Source: a virus (taxonomy: Duplodnaviria > Caudoviricetes). Taken from it: a stretch of 49,710 bases of DNA. Of this stretch, positions 1-9,373 are shown one piece after another. The position numbers and the translations under genes are program-made. The stretch spans positions 1 to 49,710 of the IMG/VR virus record IMGVR_UViG_3300017707_000475, one strand, 5' to 3'. The notes under the pieces were generated by a model. That model ran no database searches and was not told the origin of the DNA. It saw only the letters and a list, made by a program, of their open reading frames with translations. The stretch's first letter is position 1; every line of letters begins with the position of its first letter.

Positions 1-1332
1 CCCAACGCTGTCGTCGTCCGTGTCTGGCGTAAGCACCCTCGCAGATCGTGGGAGCCAGATGCCCCGGTGCGTGGAGTCCTTGCTGTTCTGTCCGAGATCG
101 ACCTGCTCAATCGCCACATCCACGCCTCTGCGACGTCCCGTCTCGCCGGGGCTGGAGTCCTCGCCATCCCATCTGAGGCCGTGTTCCCACCGGGTCAGGG
201 ACCGCAGGGCGCACAGCCCGTCGATCCTGACGACCAGAACACCACCGCCCCAGAGGACGGGTTCGTAGAGACGCTCATTGACGCAATGACCACACCGCTC
301 CTCGACCGTGGATCGGCAGCAGCAGTCGTCCCCCTTGTGGTCAAGGTCCCCGGCGAACTGGTTGACAAGATCAAGCACCTCACCTTCGCTACTCCCTTCG
401 ATGATCGCGTCCAGAGCCTGCTCGATCAGGCCATCAAGCGACTCGCCCTCGGGCTTGACATCCCACCGGAGATTCTGACTGGCACGTCGGCGATGAACCA
501 CTGGGGCGCATGGCAGGTCGCAGAGGAGGCCATCACCCTCCACATCGAACCCCTCTCTGAGACAGTCGTCCACGCCCTGACGGTCGGATTCCTTGAGGCT
601 GCACTCACAGCCGAGGGCTACGACCCCGGCGATGCGATGGTCTGGTACGACACAGCCGACCTTCGCACCAAGCCAGACAAGACCGCCAGCGCACTCGAGG
701 CCTACGATCGCAACGAACTCTCAGCCGACGCGATGCTCCGTGAGATGGGCTTCTCGCCAGAGGATGCCCCGTCCGATGAGGAGCGACGTGAGAACATCCT
801 CCTCTCCGTCGTCCGTGGAGCCCCGACACTCGCTCCGTCAATCCTCATGGACCTCGGCTACCTGTCGGCTCCTGAGATTGCAGAGGGCGTAGCAATCGTG
901 GAGGAGGCCAAGAGTCCGGAAGCACAGCCAGAGCCAATCGCCCCGGCACCGACCGAGACCGTCCCGGCAACCGAGCCGACGAGCGTCAACGCCTCAGCCC
1001 TTGTGGCCTCGTGCGACATGATTGTGCGCCGGGCTCTGGAGCGAGCAGGAGCCCGTCTCCGATCCGCAGCAGGCAAGGGACAGCCCGGTGGCGCAGCCTC
1101 CGTGGCCTGCTCCGATCCGACTGCACTTCACACCCTGTTCGATGCCACCGCCTACGCCGACTTCGGCAGCCTCCTCGACGGCGCATGGGGAGTCGTGCCA
1201 GAGATCGCAGAGCGTTATGGAGTCGACAGCGATGTCCTGACGACGTCCCTCGACACCTACACCCGGGCATTGCTCGCAGCGAAGCAGGAGCATCGGTATG
1301 ACCGACTTGCCTCAGCCCTCTCGGCTCCCTGA
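1..1332 (+). CDS. Portal protein, C-terminal part (open from position 1)
   Basis: Frame 1 is open from base 1 (PNAVVVRVWRKHPRRSW...). Motifs AIKRLALGLDIPPEILTG and NHWGAWQV resemble cluster-B-type actinophage portals. Followed by MuF. Confidence 0.85.
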   Translation, partial: PNAVVVRVWRKHPRRSWEPDAPVRGVLAVLSEIDLLNRHIHASATSRLAGAGVLAIPSEAVFPPGQGPQGAQPVDPDDQNTTAPEDGFVETLIDAMTTPLLDRGSAAAVVPLVVKVPGELVDKIKHLTFATPFDDRVQSLLDQAIKRLALGLDIPPEILTGTSAMNHWGAWQVAEEAITLHIEPLSETVVHALTVGFLEAALTAEGYDPGDAMVWYDTADLRTKPDKTASALEAYDRNELSADAMLREMGFSPEDAPSDEERRENILLSVVRGAPTLAPSILMDLGYLSAPEIAEGVAIVEEAKSPEAQPEPIAPAPTETVPATEPTSVNASALVASCDMIVRRALERAGARLRSAAGKGQPGGAASVACSDPTALHTLFDATAYADFGSLLDGAWGVVPEIAERYGVDSDVLTTSLDTYTRALLAAKQEHRYDRLASALSAP

Positions 1333-2929
1333 CCCCAAGGATCGACTCGAGACGGAGGCGTGGCTCGAGCGACGGTCGCAGAAGCTCGCCGATGCCATCG
1401 CTCGGTCGCTCAAGACCATCGTCACGTCGGCGTACGAGAAGTTCCTCAGGACCCTGCCAGAGACGACCATCGTCTCCTCCCTGACCGCAGCAGGCGACCT
1501 CCATGCGTTCGACGGGATTGTCGGGCAATGGAAGCTCGTGTATGACCGTGAGATTGCCCCAGAGATCGAGGAGACCTACTTGTCCGGTGCCATGTCAGCG
1601 TTCACGCAGGCTCCCGGCACGGATGAGATGCCAGAGGCTGAGGTCGCATCGTGGGCTCGCGTGACCAACGATCAGGCCGTCCGATACATGAGCGAGGCGA
1701 GCAACCGACTCTCAGGCGTGGGCGACACAATCTGGACGGATGTCCGTGAGCGAGTGACCCGTGCCGTGGCCTCAGGAGCGAGCAACGAGGAACTCAAGGA
1801 TCAGATCGGGAAGCTCGCCGACTTCTCTGAGTACCGGGCTGACACCATCGCCCGGACAGAGACAATCTCTGCGTATGTGAACGGGGACTGGGAGGGGGCT
1901 CAACTCCTCGGCGAGTTCGGACCCGTGGAGAAGGTCTGGGTCGCCACGGGTGACGCTCGAGGTCGCGAGTGGCACACCGCCCTCATGGACCAATCGCTCC
2001 CAATGGACGAGCCCTTCGATGTGGACGGGGAGCCGATGCTGTACCCCCATGATCCGAGTGGGTCAGCCTTCAACGTCGTGAACTGTCGCTGCTACATCGA
2101 GTTCCTGTACGCCGGGGACACCCGTCCAGACGGGACAGTCATCGGCGAGACCGACCTGCCGACCGTTGACGATGTGATGCTGGATGTCTATGGCTCGCCC
2201 GAGGAGGAGATGGCAATCGCCCCCGGCTTCTCAGAGGAGTTCACTCCCGGTCAATGGGTCGAGGTGACCGACGAGAACCGAGACGCAATCGTCTCGCACT
2301 TTATGAGTGATCGCTACGCCAACTTGCCTCAACTCGAGAAGCTCTCCCGAGATGCGACGACCAAGATCGTCACCGATGCCAAGAGGGTCGTCGTCAATGG
2401 CGACGTCATGGTCTTCGACAGCGTCGGCATCAGCGATCAGGCGTGGGAGATGCTGGTCCGCGAGGTGGATGAGCTTCGCTCTCTCAATGACCCCATCGCC
2501 AGACGCTTGTTCGTCGAGGCATCCAATGGACTCGGAGTCAATGTGAACGGGGACTGCGAGATCGTGCAGGAGACATGGCAGAGCGCACGGATACGCATCA
2601 AGGCCAAGAACCTCGAGACGGATGACCTGCTCGAGGGAACCTTCAAGCAGCAGTCAGTCCCGGTCACGAAAGTGCGCTGGACCATCGTCCATGAGTACGG
2701 TCATGCTCTCGATCCAGAGGACCTCGCCACCACAGGGCGCAACACATTCTTCGGCAAGATCAGGAAGCAGTTCCCCGGCAAGCCACCGGACGGTCTCTCC
2801 GAGTACGGACGGACCAACAAGTACGAGGGCTACGCTGAGTCCTTCGCTGATTGGTGGACGAGCCGAGGCAAGACCACCAACCCAGCGACCCGTGCATACG
2901 CAGAGAAATACGGATGGAGGCATCCATGA
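1298..2929 (+). CDS. MuF-like minor head protein with C-terminal zincin metallopeptidase domain
   Basis: RADTIARTE, KVWVATGDARGREWH and NCRC MuF motifs. C-terminal HEYGH...LSEYGRTNKYEGYAESF. Confidence 0.85.
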   Translation: MTDLPQPSRLPDPKDRLETEAWLERRSQKLADAIARSLKTIVTSAYEKFLRTLPETTIVSSLTAAGDLHAFDGIVGQWKLVYDREIAPEIEETYLSGAMSAFTQAPGTDEMPEAEVASWARVTNDQAVRYMSEASNRLSGVGDTIWTDVRERVTRAVASGASNEELKDQIGKLADFSEYRADTIARTETISAYVNGDWEGAQLLGEFGPVEKVWVATGDARGREWHTALMDQSLPMDEPFDVDGEPMLYPHDPSGSAFNVVNCRCYIEFLYAGDTRPDGTVIGETDLPTVDDVMLDVYGSPEEEMAIAPGFSEEFTPGQWVEVTDENRDAIVSHFMSDRYANLPQLEKLSRDATTKIVTDAKRVVVNGDVMVFDSVGISDQAWEMLVREVDELRSLNDPIARRLFVEASNGLGVNVNGDCEIVQETWQSARIRIKAKNLETDDLLEGTFKQQSVPVTKVRWTIVHEYGHALDPEDLATTGRNTFFGKIRKQFPGKPPDGLSEYGRTNKYEGYAESFADWWTSRGKTTNPATRAYAEKYGWRHP

Positions 2930-3126
2930 GCGACCCGATCCTCATCATCGAGACAGACGATGGACCATTCATCCAGCCTGTCGACTACAGCACCATGACG
3001 ACAGACGAGTTGCTCGGCTACGCCATGCTCGGTCGCGAGGGGGCATTGCGTGAGATCATCAAGCGAGACTCACGCGCTGGCACAGACACCGACCCCTACT
3101 CCCCTGTGACCATCCCAGAGCCATGA
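2926..3126 (+). CDS. Small acidic protein, possible immunity partner of the MuF peptidase
   Basis: ATGA overlap with the MuF stop; 66 aa (MSDPILIIETDDGPF...). Confidence 0.6.
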   Translation: MSDPILIIETDDGPFIQPVDYSTMTTDELLGYAMLGREGALREIIKRDSRAGTDTDPYSPVTIPEP

Positions 3127-4310
3127 CCCTGAGGCGACTGCTGTCCCTCGTCAGTCTGCTCGCTGTCGCATGGGGTGGCCTCGCCCCGAACCCAGTCAAG
3201 GCCATGACGCCCGGGCTGTCGGTCACCGCGTACACGATCTCGGACATCCCCCCGGCACGATCCACAGAGGCGTATCCGATCTGTGGCTCCCGTGTGGAGG
3301 CCTTCATCAACGTCGTGTACGAGTACGACCCGATCCCGGGATGCCCGATGGATGGCTTCATGGTGCGCTACGCCGGGTTCGTGACTGTCCCTGAGGGCGT
3401 GACCTCAGTCAGGTTCGCCATCGCCTCCGATGACGGGAGCCACTTCACAATCGACGGGACGAGCTTCGGGGACTGGACGGACAAGGGGTGCTCCATCGAC
3501 TACGCCCCTCGCCGGGTCTACGACACGGGTGTGCCACTCCCTCTCGAGGGCTGGGTGTATGAGAACGGGGGAGGGACCTGCGCCATGCTGTTCTGGCAAC
3601 TAGACAGCGATCAGGGCGACTGGAGCATTGTTCCGGAAGAGGCCTTTACGGTCGATGCCGTTGCTCCCACCACAACCACCTCAACGACGCCCACAACCTC
3701 CACAACCACCACCGAGCCCACCACAACGACCTCGACAACCACGACCTCGATCCCGGTGACAACAACGGTCTACCAGCCTGCGACCAGTAGCACCATGCCG
3801 AGCACGACTGCTCCTGCAGCGACCATCATCCAGACGACCTCGAGCACATCATCAACGGTCTCGCCCATGCCCACGACCACAGCCGTGAACATCGCGAGCA
3901 CGAGCACCGAGAACGCACCGACAACGACCACGTCGTCCACCATACAACCGAGCACCACGACCACCCTCGCTCCGATCCGAGAGCAGATGTCCCCGGCTGA
4001 AGCTCTCGCAGAGGCCACCGATCCAGAGGTCGTGGCATCGCTCTCGGCTGAGGAGGCGACTGAGGTGTTCGCAGCAATCGACGAGTCAGCACTCACGCTC
4101 GAGCAGGCTGCCCAGATCGTGGAGGCTGTGCAGGACGCACCTGACGACGTGCGTCAGGCCTTCGAGGACGAGGTCAATGTGTTCGGGGGCAAGACCGACA
4201 ACTACATCCCCCTGTTTTCCAACATTCCAGTCGGAAAGCGGCGTACGATGATTGCCGCGACGGGCATGATGACCGTCATCCCACCACCCACGCGACGGAG
4301 ACTGACATGA
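3123..4310 (+). CDS. Exported PA14-like domain protein with Thr-rich linker
   Basis: N-terminal signal peptide, ASDDGS and YENGGG motifs, long T/S/P tract, acidic domain, hydrophobic then basic C-terminus. Confidence 0.75.
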   Translation: MTLRRLLSLVSLLAVAWGGLAPNPVKAMTPGLSVTAYTISDIPPARSTEAYPICGSRVEAFINVVYEYDPIPGCPMDGFMVRYAGFVTVPEGVTSVRFAIASDDGSHFTIDGTSFGDWTDKGCSIDYAPRRVYDTGVPLPLEGWVYENGGGTCAMLFWQLDSDQGDWSIVPEEAFTVDAVAPTTTTSTTPTTSTTTTEPTTTTSTTTTSIPVTTTVYQPATSSTMPSTTAPAATIIQTTSSTSSTVSPMPTTTAVNIASTSTENAPTTTTSSTIQPSTTTTLAPIREQMSPAEALAEATDPEVVASLSAEEATEVFAAIDESALTLEQAAQIVEAVQDAPDDVRQAFEDEVNVFGGKTDNYIPLFSNIPVGKRRTMIAATGMMTVIPPPTRRRLT

Positions 4311-4474
4311 GCCGACACACCGAGTTCCTCAAGGAGAACCTCTGGGTGTGGGCGACCGCAGTCATCGTCTACCTGACCCTCTCTGGCTGGATCAGGTCGT
4401 TCGTGGGCTGGCTGTCCGTCATCATCGTCGTCCTCCAGATTGTCCTCCACCTGCTCGGATCGGACGACGAGTGA
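4307..4474 (+). CDS. Small two-TM membrane protein (55 aa, not in ORF track)
   Basis: Hand translation MSRHTEFLKENLWVWATAVIVYLTLSGWIRSFVGWLSVIIVVLQIVLHLLGSDDE. Start/stop overlaps on both sides. Confidence 0.7.
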   Translation: MSRHTEFLKENLWVWATAVIVYLTLSGWIRSFVGWLSVIIVVLQIVLHLLGSDDE

Positions 4475-4674
4475 GGAAGCTCGCCGGGCTCCTGCTGATC
4501 GCAGTCCTCTCGGGGTGCGCCTACGACGGGGGCTTCCGATACCCATGCCAAGACCCAGCGAACTGGGAGTCGGCAGAGTGCAATCCCCCGATCTGCAGCG
4601 CATCAGAGACCTGCACGAAAGACCTGCTACCTGAGGAGGTGCTCCCCGATGTCACCGATACGACGTCACCCTGA
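4471..4674 (+). CDS. Small Cys-rich lipoprotein
   Basis: GTG start, MRKLAGLLLIAVLSG-C lipobox, four further Cys. Confidence 0.7.
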   Translation: MRKLAGLLLIAVLSGCAYDGGFRYPCQDPANWESAECNPPICSASETCTKDLLPEEVLPDVTDTTSP

Positions 4675-4951
4675 CCGCCGACACAGCCCGGAGGAGATAC
4701 ACGCTCGGCTCATCTTCATCATCGGCCTGACCCTTGCCGGGGTGTTCGCCCTGTCGGTCATGTCCCTGCTGTATGCGCTCGTGTTCGTGACCCAGCCGAT
4801 GCGCCAAGCCCCCAACGATGCAGCCTTCATCGACCTCGTGTCCACGCTCTGCGTGTTCATGACGGGCTCCCTCGCTGGGGTACTATCTGCCAACGGCCTC
4901 AAGTCGAAGCCGAAAGAACCCAAGGAGACCCCCCATGACGCTGAAGCCTGA
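4649..4951 (+). CDS. Two-TM membrane protein
   Basis: Two hydrophobic helices and a basic C-terminus; lies in the lysis cluster. Confidence 0.7.
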   Translation: MSPIRRHPDRRHSPEEIHARLIFIIGLTLAGVFALSVMSLLYALVFVTQPMRQAPNDAAFIDLVSTLCVFMTGSLAGVLSANGLKSKPKEPKETPHDAEA

Positions 4952-5132
4952 GCACAAGGCCATCATCGAGTCGTACCTGCGAGCCCTCGTCGGCACCGGG
5001 ATCGCGGCATACACCGCCTCCGGTGGTGACCCCAAGGCCACCCTGAACGCCATCTGGGCGAGCCTCGTCCCTGTCGCGATCCGTTTCCTCAACAAGAAGG
5101 ACAGAGCGTTCGGTCTGGGAGCAGGCAAGTGA
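4935..5132 (+). CDS. Putative holin
   Basis: 65 aa, two short hydrophobic helices, AGGAG RBS, immediately upstream of the endolysin. Confidence 0.6.
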   Translation: MTLKPEHKAIIESYLRALVGTGIAAYTASGGDPKATLNAIWASLVPVAIRFLNKKDRAFGLGAGK

Positions 5133-5695
5133 CGAACACCAAGCGTCCCTACACGGGCTTCGACAAGATTGGTCGCTCAGTCCCTCCGGGAGTCGCCCAG
5201 TTCATGGACCTCCTCGAGCGACGTTGGAACCTGACCAACCTCGGCATCCTGACCGTCCGTGCCATGCGATCGGCTCCAGCCCAGTACCAGAACAAGAGTG
5301 CCTCCGAGTTGGAGAAGCTCCCTGACTACAAGAAGTGGATGTCGGTCCACGCAACAGGCCGAGCCATAGACGCTGGGTACAGCAATCGCAAGGCTGCACT
5401 CGAGGCATGGGAGTGGTGTCTCGCACACGCGACCGAACTCGGCATCGAGGAGATTCACGACTACGCCTACGACCCCGATGGCAAGGGTCCCGGCAAGGCA
5501 TGGGGGCGTGGGTATCGGTGCAACCGAGCCGACAAGAACTCAGGGGTCGTCATTTATGACGAGCGCAACAATGCCGGGACACCGGGAGGGAAGTGGCTCC
5601 ATTTCGAGATTTCCCCAGCGATGGCTGGATCGGCTGAGGCCATGCTCGCTGCGTGGAAGGCCATCCCCAAGCCTGAGGTCATCACCAAGAACTGA
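5129..5695 (+). CDS. Endolysin, peptidase M15-like zinc peptidase
   Basis: SVHATGRAID (SxHxxGxAxD) and WLHFE motifs. Confidence 0.75.
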   Translation: MTNTKRPYTGFDKIGRSVPPGVAQFMDLLERRWNLTNLGILTVRAMRSAPAQYQNKSASELEKLPDYKKWMSVHATGRAIDAGYSNRKAALEAWEWCLAHATELGIEEIHDYAYDPDGKGPGKAWGRGYRCNRADKNSGVVIYDERNNAGTPGGKWLHFEISPAMAGSAEAMLAAWKAIPKPEVITKN

Positions 5696-5789
5696 CTCCG
5701 ATCCGAGTCACCCAGTCCGGTCGCAGGGACACCGACCGAGAGGCTCCCTCCCCCCGTTCCCCCACCACGTCGGGGGGATGGGAGACCTC
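5693..5789 (+). terminator. Hairpin cluster / probable terminator after endolysin
   Basis: Inverted repeats TGACTC/GAGTCA, CGGTCG/CGACCG and CTCCC-TCCCCCCG/CGGGGGGA-T-GGGAG. No U-tract. Confidence 0.45.
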
Positions 5790-5823
5790 AGACACAGCCC
5801 GAAAGAAATGTCCTCTCCGATAG

Positions 5824-5852
5824 TTGACTTGCCGACCTGAGTCGGCTATCCT
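5824..5852 (+). promoter_or_regulatory. Sigma-70-type promoter with palindromic operator in the spacer
   Basis: TTGACT-17bp-TATCCT; spacer contains GCCGACCTGAGTCGGC. Confidence 0.8.
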
Positions 5853-5889
5853 TCATCATGTCGTCAACCAACCAGAAAGAGAGAACGAC

Positions 5890-6327
5890 ATGACACAGGT
5901 AAGCAAGGAGACCGCACAGGTGGTCGCCAAGGAAATGGATGCAGCGATCCGCGCCATCCTCAGCAAGCACGGGCTCGAGGTCGGCAAGACCTCGATGGGC
6001 TACGGCGAGTGGTTCGACTTCAAGGTCACCGCAGTCGCTGTCAGCCTCGGAGACAACGGGGTCAACCTCGCCTCTAAGGAGGCCACCTACTTCAGCAAGT
6101 TCGGCTACACAGCCTACGATGACAACTTCAACGCCACCGAACTCATCGCCCCTCTCGGCACCAAGTTCACGCACCTCCTCAAGGATTACGCCTTCGCAGG
6201 CGTGGACGCTAAGAAGCGCAAGACCCCCATCGTGGCTCTGGACATCAAGGCAGGCAAGGTCGTCTACTTCGCTGAGGCCATCATCGCTCGCATCAACGAT
6301 GCAGCCAATGAGAAGGCAGGTGCGTGA
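5890..6327 (+). CDS. Hypothetical early-type protein
   Basis: ATG after a purine-rich RBS (MTQVSKETAQ...); phage-like codon usage. Confidence 0.75.
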   Translation: MTQVSKETAQVVAKEMDAAIRAILSKHGLEVGKTSMGYGEWFDFKVTAVAVSLGDNGVNLASKEATYFSKFGYTAYDDNFNATELIAPLGTKFTHLLKDYAFAGVDAKKRKTPIVALDIKAGKVVYFAEAIIARINDAANEKAGA

Positions 6328-6328
6328 G

Positions 6329-6586
6329 ATGGCGACCACGACTGAACCCCAATACCTCGGCACCTTCACCATCTGGGGGGAGGAAGGCATCGCTGTCTAC
6401 ACCTCCTACGACATCATCTACCCTGTCACGACCTGCTGTGAGGCCACAGCCAAGGGGACAGAGTGGGGCATCTGCTGTCGTGCCTGCTACGAGGAGGTCG
6501 ATGGCCTGTTCGGCATGGCATGGAACGCAGAGGAGTGGGCGAGGGACATCGCTGAGGGTCGCATCAGAGAGCAGGCCAAGGCATGA
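6329..6586 (+). CDS. Hypothetical Cys-rich protein
   Basis: MATTTEPQYLG...TTCCEA...ICCRAC; abuts the previous gene. Confidence 0.7.
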   Translation: MATTTEPQYLGTFTIWGEEGIAVYTSYDIIYPVTTCCEATAKGTEWGICCRACYEEVDGLFGMAWNAEEWARDIAEGRIREQAKA

Positions 6587-7125
6587 GCGAGCCCATCACC
6601 TATCGGATCGCGATTGAGTTCACGACCAATCGCCCCCTCACCATTCCGGAACTCGTTGACCTCGGAGGGCAGGCATGGACGCAGGTGCATGAGCCCAATG
6701 AGGAGCAGGAGAACATGGACGACCCCTACGACACGATTGACCCTGACCTGCGTCTCTGGATCGGAGACAACGAGGTCGCCGGGCTCGACCCGAAACCCGT
6801 GTTCCACGCCCATACGACGTGGTATGAGTTCTTCGAGGAGGGCAACGACAGCGACGACGTGGACGATGTCGACTGGCATTGCTTCGCCAATGAGGCAGAC
6901 GCTGAGGCACTCGCTCAGAAGTGGCTGAAGCCTGACGCATGGGCTCCGATGAGCAGAGTGCGAGTCCATGTCACCACCATCGTGGTTCCGGAATGGGCAT
7001 ACCGCTACCTCAATGAGGAGACGACCGATGTCCCTGTGGACGACTTCTCGGACTGGCTCTCGGACTACATCTGGGACAAGGATCACCGCATCGCAGAGCG
7101 CATGAGGGTCTGGTTGGCCTCCTAG
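6583..7125 (+). CDS. Hypothetical acidic protein
   Basis: ATGA overlap; 180 aa. Confidence 0.7.
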   Translation: MSEPITYRIAIEFTTNRPLTIPELVDLGGQAWTQVHEPNEEQENMDDPYDTIDPDLRLWIGDNEVAGLDPKPVFHAHTTWYEFFEEGNDSDDVDDVDWHCFANEADAEALAQKWLKPDAWAPMSRVRVHVTTIVVPEWAYRYLNEETTDVPVDDFSDWLSDYIWDKDHRIAERMRVWLAS

Positions 7126-7156
7126 CCTCCACGATCTCGGTCACCTTGACCCCGAA

Positions 7157-7202
7157 CGACCCTCGGCTCTCCCCCTAAAGGAGCCGGGGGTCGCTTCGTT
7201 TT
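7157..7202 (+). terminator. Intrinsic terminator
   Basis: CGACCCTCGGCTC / GAGCCGGGGGTCG stem followed by CTTCGTTTT. Confidence 0.7.
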
Positions 7203-7217
7203 CGCTACGATGCAGCC

Positions 7218-9152
7218 ATGCCATTCGGACCGTACCGAGACTTCGATGACTGCGTCGCCAAGAACAGCGACAAGGCCGACCCTGAGGCGTACTGCGCGAC
7301 TGTGGAGCGAGAGGTCGGGAGTTCTACCACATCCGCGACGCCCGGTGCTACATTGACGAGGATGAGACTCCAGATCGTACCTGTCGCTGATGACCCCCGA
7401 GAGACGGACCCGTCCGAACTCGGGAACTCTGTCTCGGTCGAGGTGGAGGTCCATCAAGGTCACGAGATGGAGGACGAGATGGACGAGGACGAGATGCTGA
7501 TGCCAGAGGATGGCGAGATCGTGGACGACGTGGAGGCAGAGGACGAGGGTGCTCCAGACAGCCCGGAAGAGCCTGAGGACTTCCACACCATGATGGTCGT
7601 GGAGGGAGTCTGGACGGGCGACGGACGCTACATCGAGGAGGGGGCTCTCTCATGGCGAGACCTGCCCCTGCCCCTCATGGCGACCAACCGCACCACCGAG
7701 GGTCACATGAACGCAGTCCTGATCGGCAGGCTGACACGGATCGAGCGCATGGGTCGCGAGGTTCACGCCTACGGGTCCTATGTCAAGACCGACGACCCAG
7801 AGGCCATGAGCCTCCAGAGCCTCGTCCGAAACGGCGAGCTTCGTGGGGTCTCTGTCGATCTCGACTCCCTTGAGTACGAGGTCATCGTCCCCAGCGAGAT
7901 GCCAGAGGAGACGGTCGACCCTGCCACCGGAGAGGTCGCTGTCCCGATTGACGACCTCAAGATGCGAGTCACATCGGCTCGGATCATGGGATGCACAGTC
8001 GTCCCCTTCCCAGCGTTTCAGGAGGCCTTCATTGAGAACGTCGCAGCCCTGACCGCCTCGATGATGCTCCGATCCGAGGTCACCGGGTACATCACCCAGT
8101 TCGCCTCCTACGATGACATCGACTTCACGCCTCCTCAGGGAGCCCGAGATGAGGCTGCTAAGGGTCTCGAGTGGCGATCCGAGTTCGGTCGTGGAGGCAC
8201 AGAGGTCGGCGTGGCACGGGCTCGAGACATCTCCAACGGTAAGAACCTGTCACCTGACACGGTCAACCGGATGGTCTCGTACTTCGCTCGCCATGAGGTC
8301 GACAAGCAGGGCGAGGGCTGGAGCCCCGGCGAGGATGGGTTCCCGTCTGCCGGACGCATCGCATGGGCTCTGTGGGGTGGAGACCCCGGCATGGCATGGG
8401 CGAACAAGGTCCAGCGATCCATGAACGCTCGCGAGGAGCAGGGCTCAATCCTTGCCTCAGGCCACCCGATCGAGGCTCCTGTCGTTCCCCCGTCTGCATG
8501 GTTCACCAATCCGAAGCTCGCAGAGCCGACCCCCCTGACGGTCGATGACTCAGGCCATGTGTATGGTCACCTCGCAGTCTGGGGTCAATGCCACGTCGGG
8601 TTCGGAGATCGGTGCATCCAGCCCCCTCACTCACCTGCCGCCTACGCCCACTTCCTCACCGGAGAGATTCTGTGCGATGACGGTCTCAGGTTCCCGGTCG
8701 GGCAGATCACGATGAACTCAGGCCACGCGCCCCAGCAGGCATCGGCCTCACAGACTGCAGCGCATTACGACAATACGGCGATGGCTGCTGCTGATGTGAC
8801 AGCAGGCGAGGACGAGTTCGGCATCTGGGTCGCCGGGGCATTGCGTCCCGGGCTCCGTGGCGAGGATGTCCGTGCGCTCATGGCCTCCGATGTCTCCGGT
8901 GACTGGCGACGGATCGGAGGAGCCCTCGAGTTGGTGGCGATCCTTGCGGTCAATGTCCCCGGCTTCCCCAAGATCAGGGTCCGAGAGACCCTCGGTCTCG
9001 TGGCCTCCCTCTCGCTCCCGGCATACGAGGGAGACAGCAGTCGACGTGAAGCTCTGATGGCAAGTGCCGCGGATCGCATCGCATCATCCATCGGACGGTC
9101 CAAGACCGACCGCATCGCCGAACTGGCACGACGCATCAAGGGAGACAAGTAA
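7218..9152 (+). CDS. Capsid maturation protease (cluster-B type) with an inserted domain
   Basis: TGDGR, LPLPLM, RGVSVDLD, VPFPAF, GHVYGHLAVWGQCH and SGDWR motifs; lies upstream of the capsid genes. Confidence 0.75.
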   Translation: MPFGPYRDFDDCVAKNSDKADPEAYCATVEREVGSSTTSATPGATLTRMRLQIVPVADDPRETDPSELGNSVSVEVEVHQGHEMEDEMDEDEMLMPEDGEIVDDVEAEDEGAPDSPEEPEDFHTMMVVEGVWTGDGRYIEEGALSWRDLPLPLMATNRTTEGHMNAVLIGRLTRIERMGREVHAYGSYVKTDDPEAMSLQSLVRNGELRGVSVDLDSLEYEVIVPSEMPEETVDPATGEVAVPIDDLKMRVTSARIMGCTVVPFPAFQEAFIENVAALTASMMLRSEVTGYITQFASYDDIDFTPPQGARDEAAKGLEWRSEFGRGGTEVGVARARDISNGKNLSPDTVNRMVSYFARHEVDKQGEGWSPGEDGFPSAGRIAWALWGGDPGMAWANKVQRSMNAREEQGSILASGHPIEAPVVPPSAWFTNPKLAEPTPLTVDDSGHVYGHLAVWGQCHVGFGDRCIQPPHSPAAYAHFLTGEILCDDGLRFPVGQITMNSGHAPQQASASQTAAHYDNTAMAAADVTAGEDEFGIWVAGALRPGLRGEDVRALMASDVSGDWRRIGGALELVAILAVNVPGFPKIRVRETLGLVASLSLPAYEGDSSRREALMASAADRIASSIGRSKTDRIAELARRIKGDK

Positions 9153-9337
9153 TGGGCTGTGGCTGTCGCAAGAACCGGGGCAACGATGCCCGGCAGGCTG
9201 ATGTCTCAACGGGTCGCTACCAAGTGTGGCTCAACGGGTCCTACACGGGTCGAGCCTTCACCTCGCTCGGATCGGCGCAGACATACGCCAACCGGGTCGG
9301 GGGCGAGGTGCGGACCAGCCCGGGAGAAACTTCCTGA
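9152..9337 (+). CDS. Small MGCGC-type head-module protein
   Basis: TAATG coupling and GGAG RBS; MGCGCRK start. Confidence 0.6.
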   Translation: MGCGCRKNRGNDARQADVSTGRYQVWLNGSYTGRAFTSLGSAQTYANRVGGEVRTSPGETS

Positions 9338-9343
9338 CAATCG

Positions 9344-9373
9344 TTGACACTCGCCTCTAGGCGGTGTTACCAT
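9344..9373 (+). promoter_or_regulatory. Promoter for major capsid gene
   Basis: TTGACA-18bp-TACCAT with TGn extension; CGCCT-CT-AGGCG palindrome in the spacer. Confidence 0.7.
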
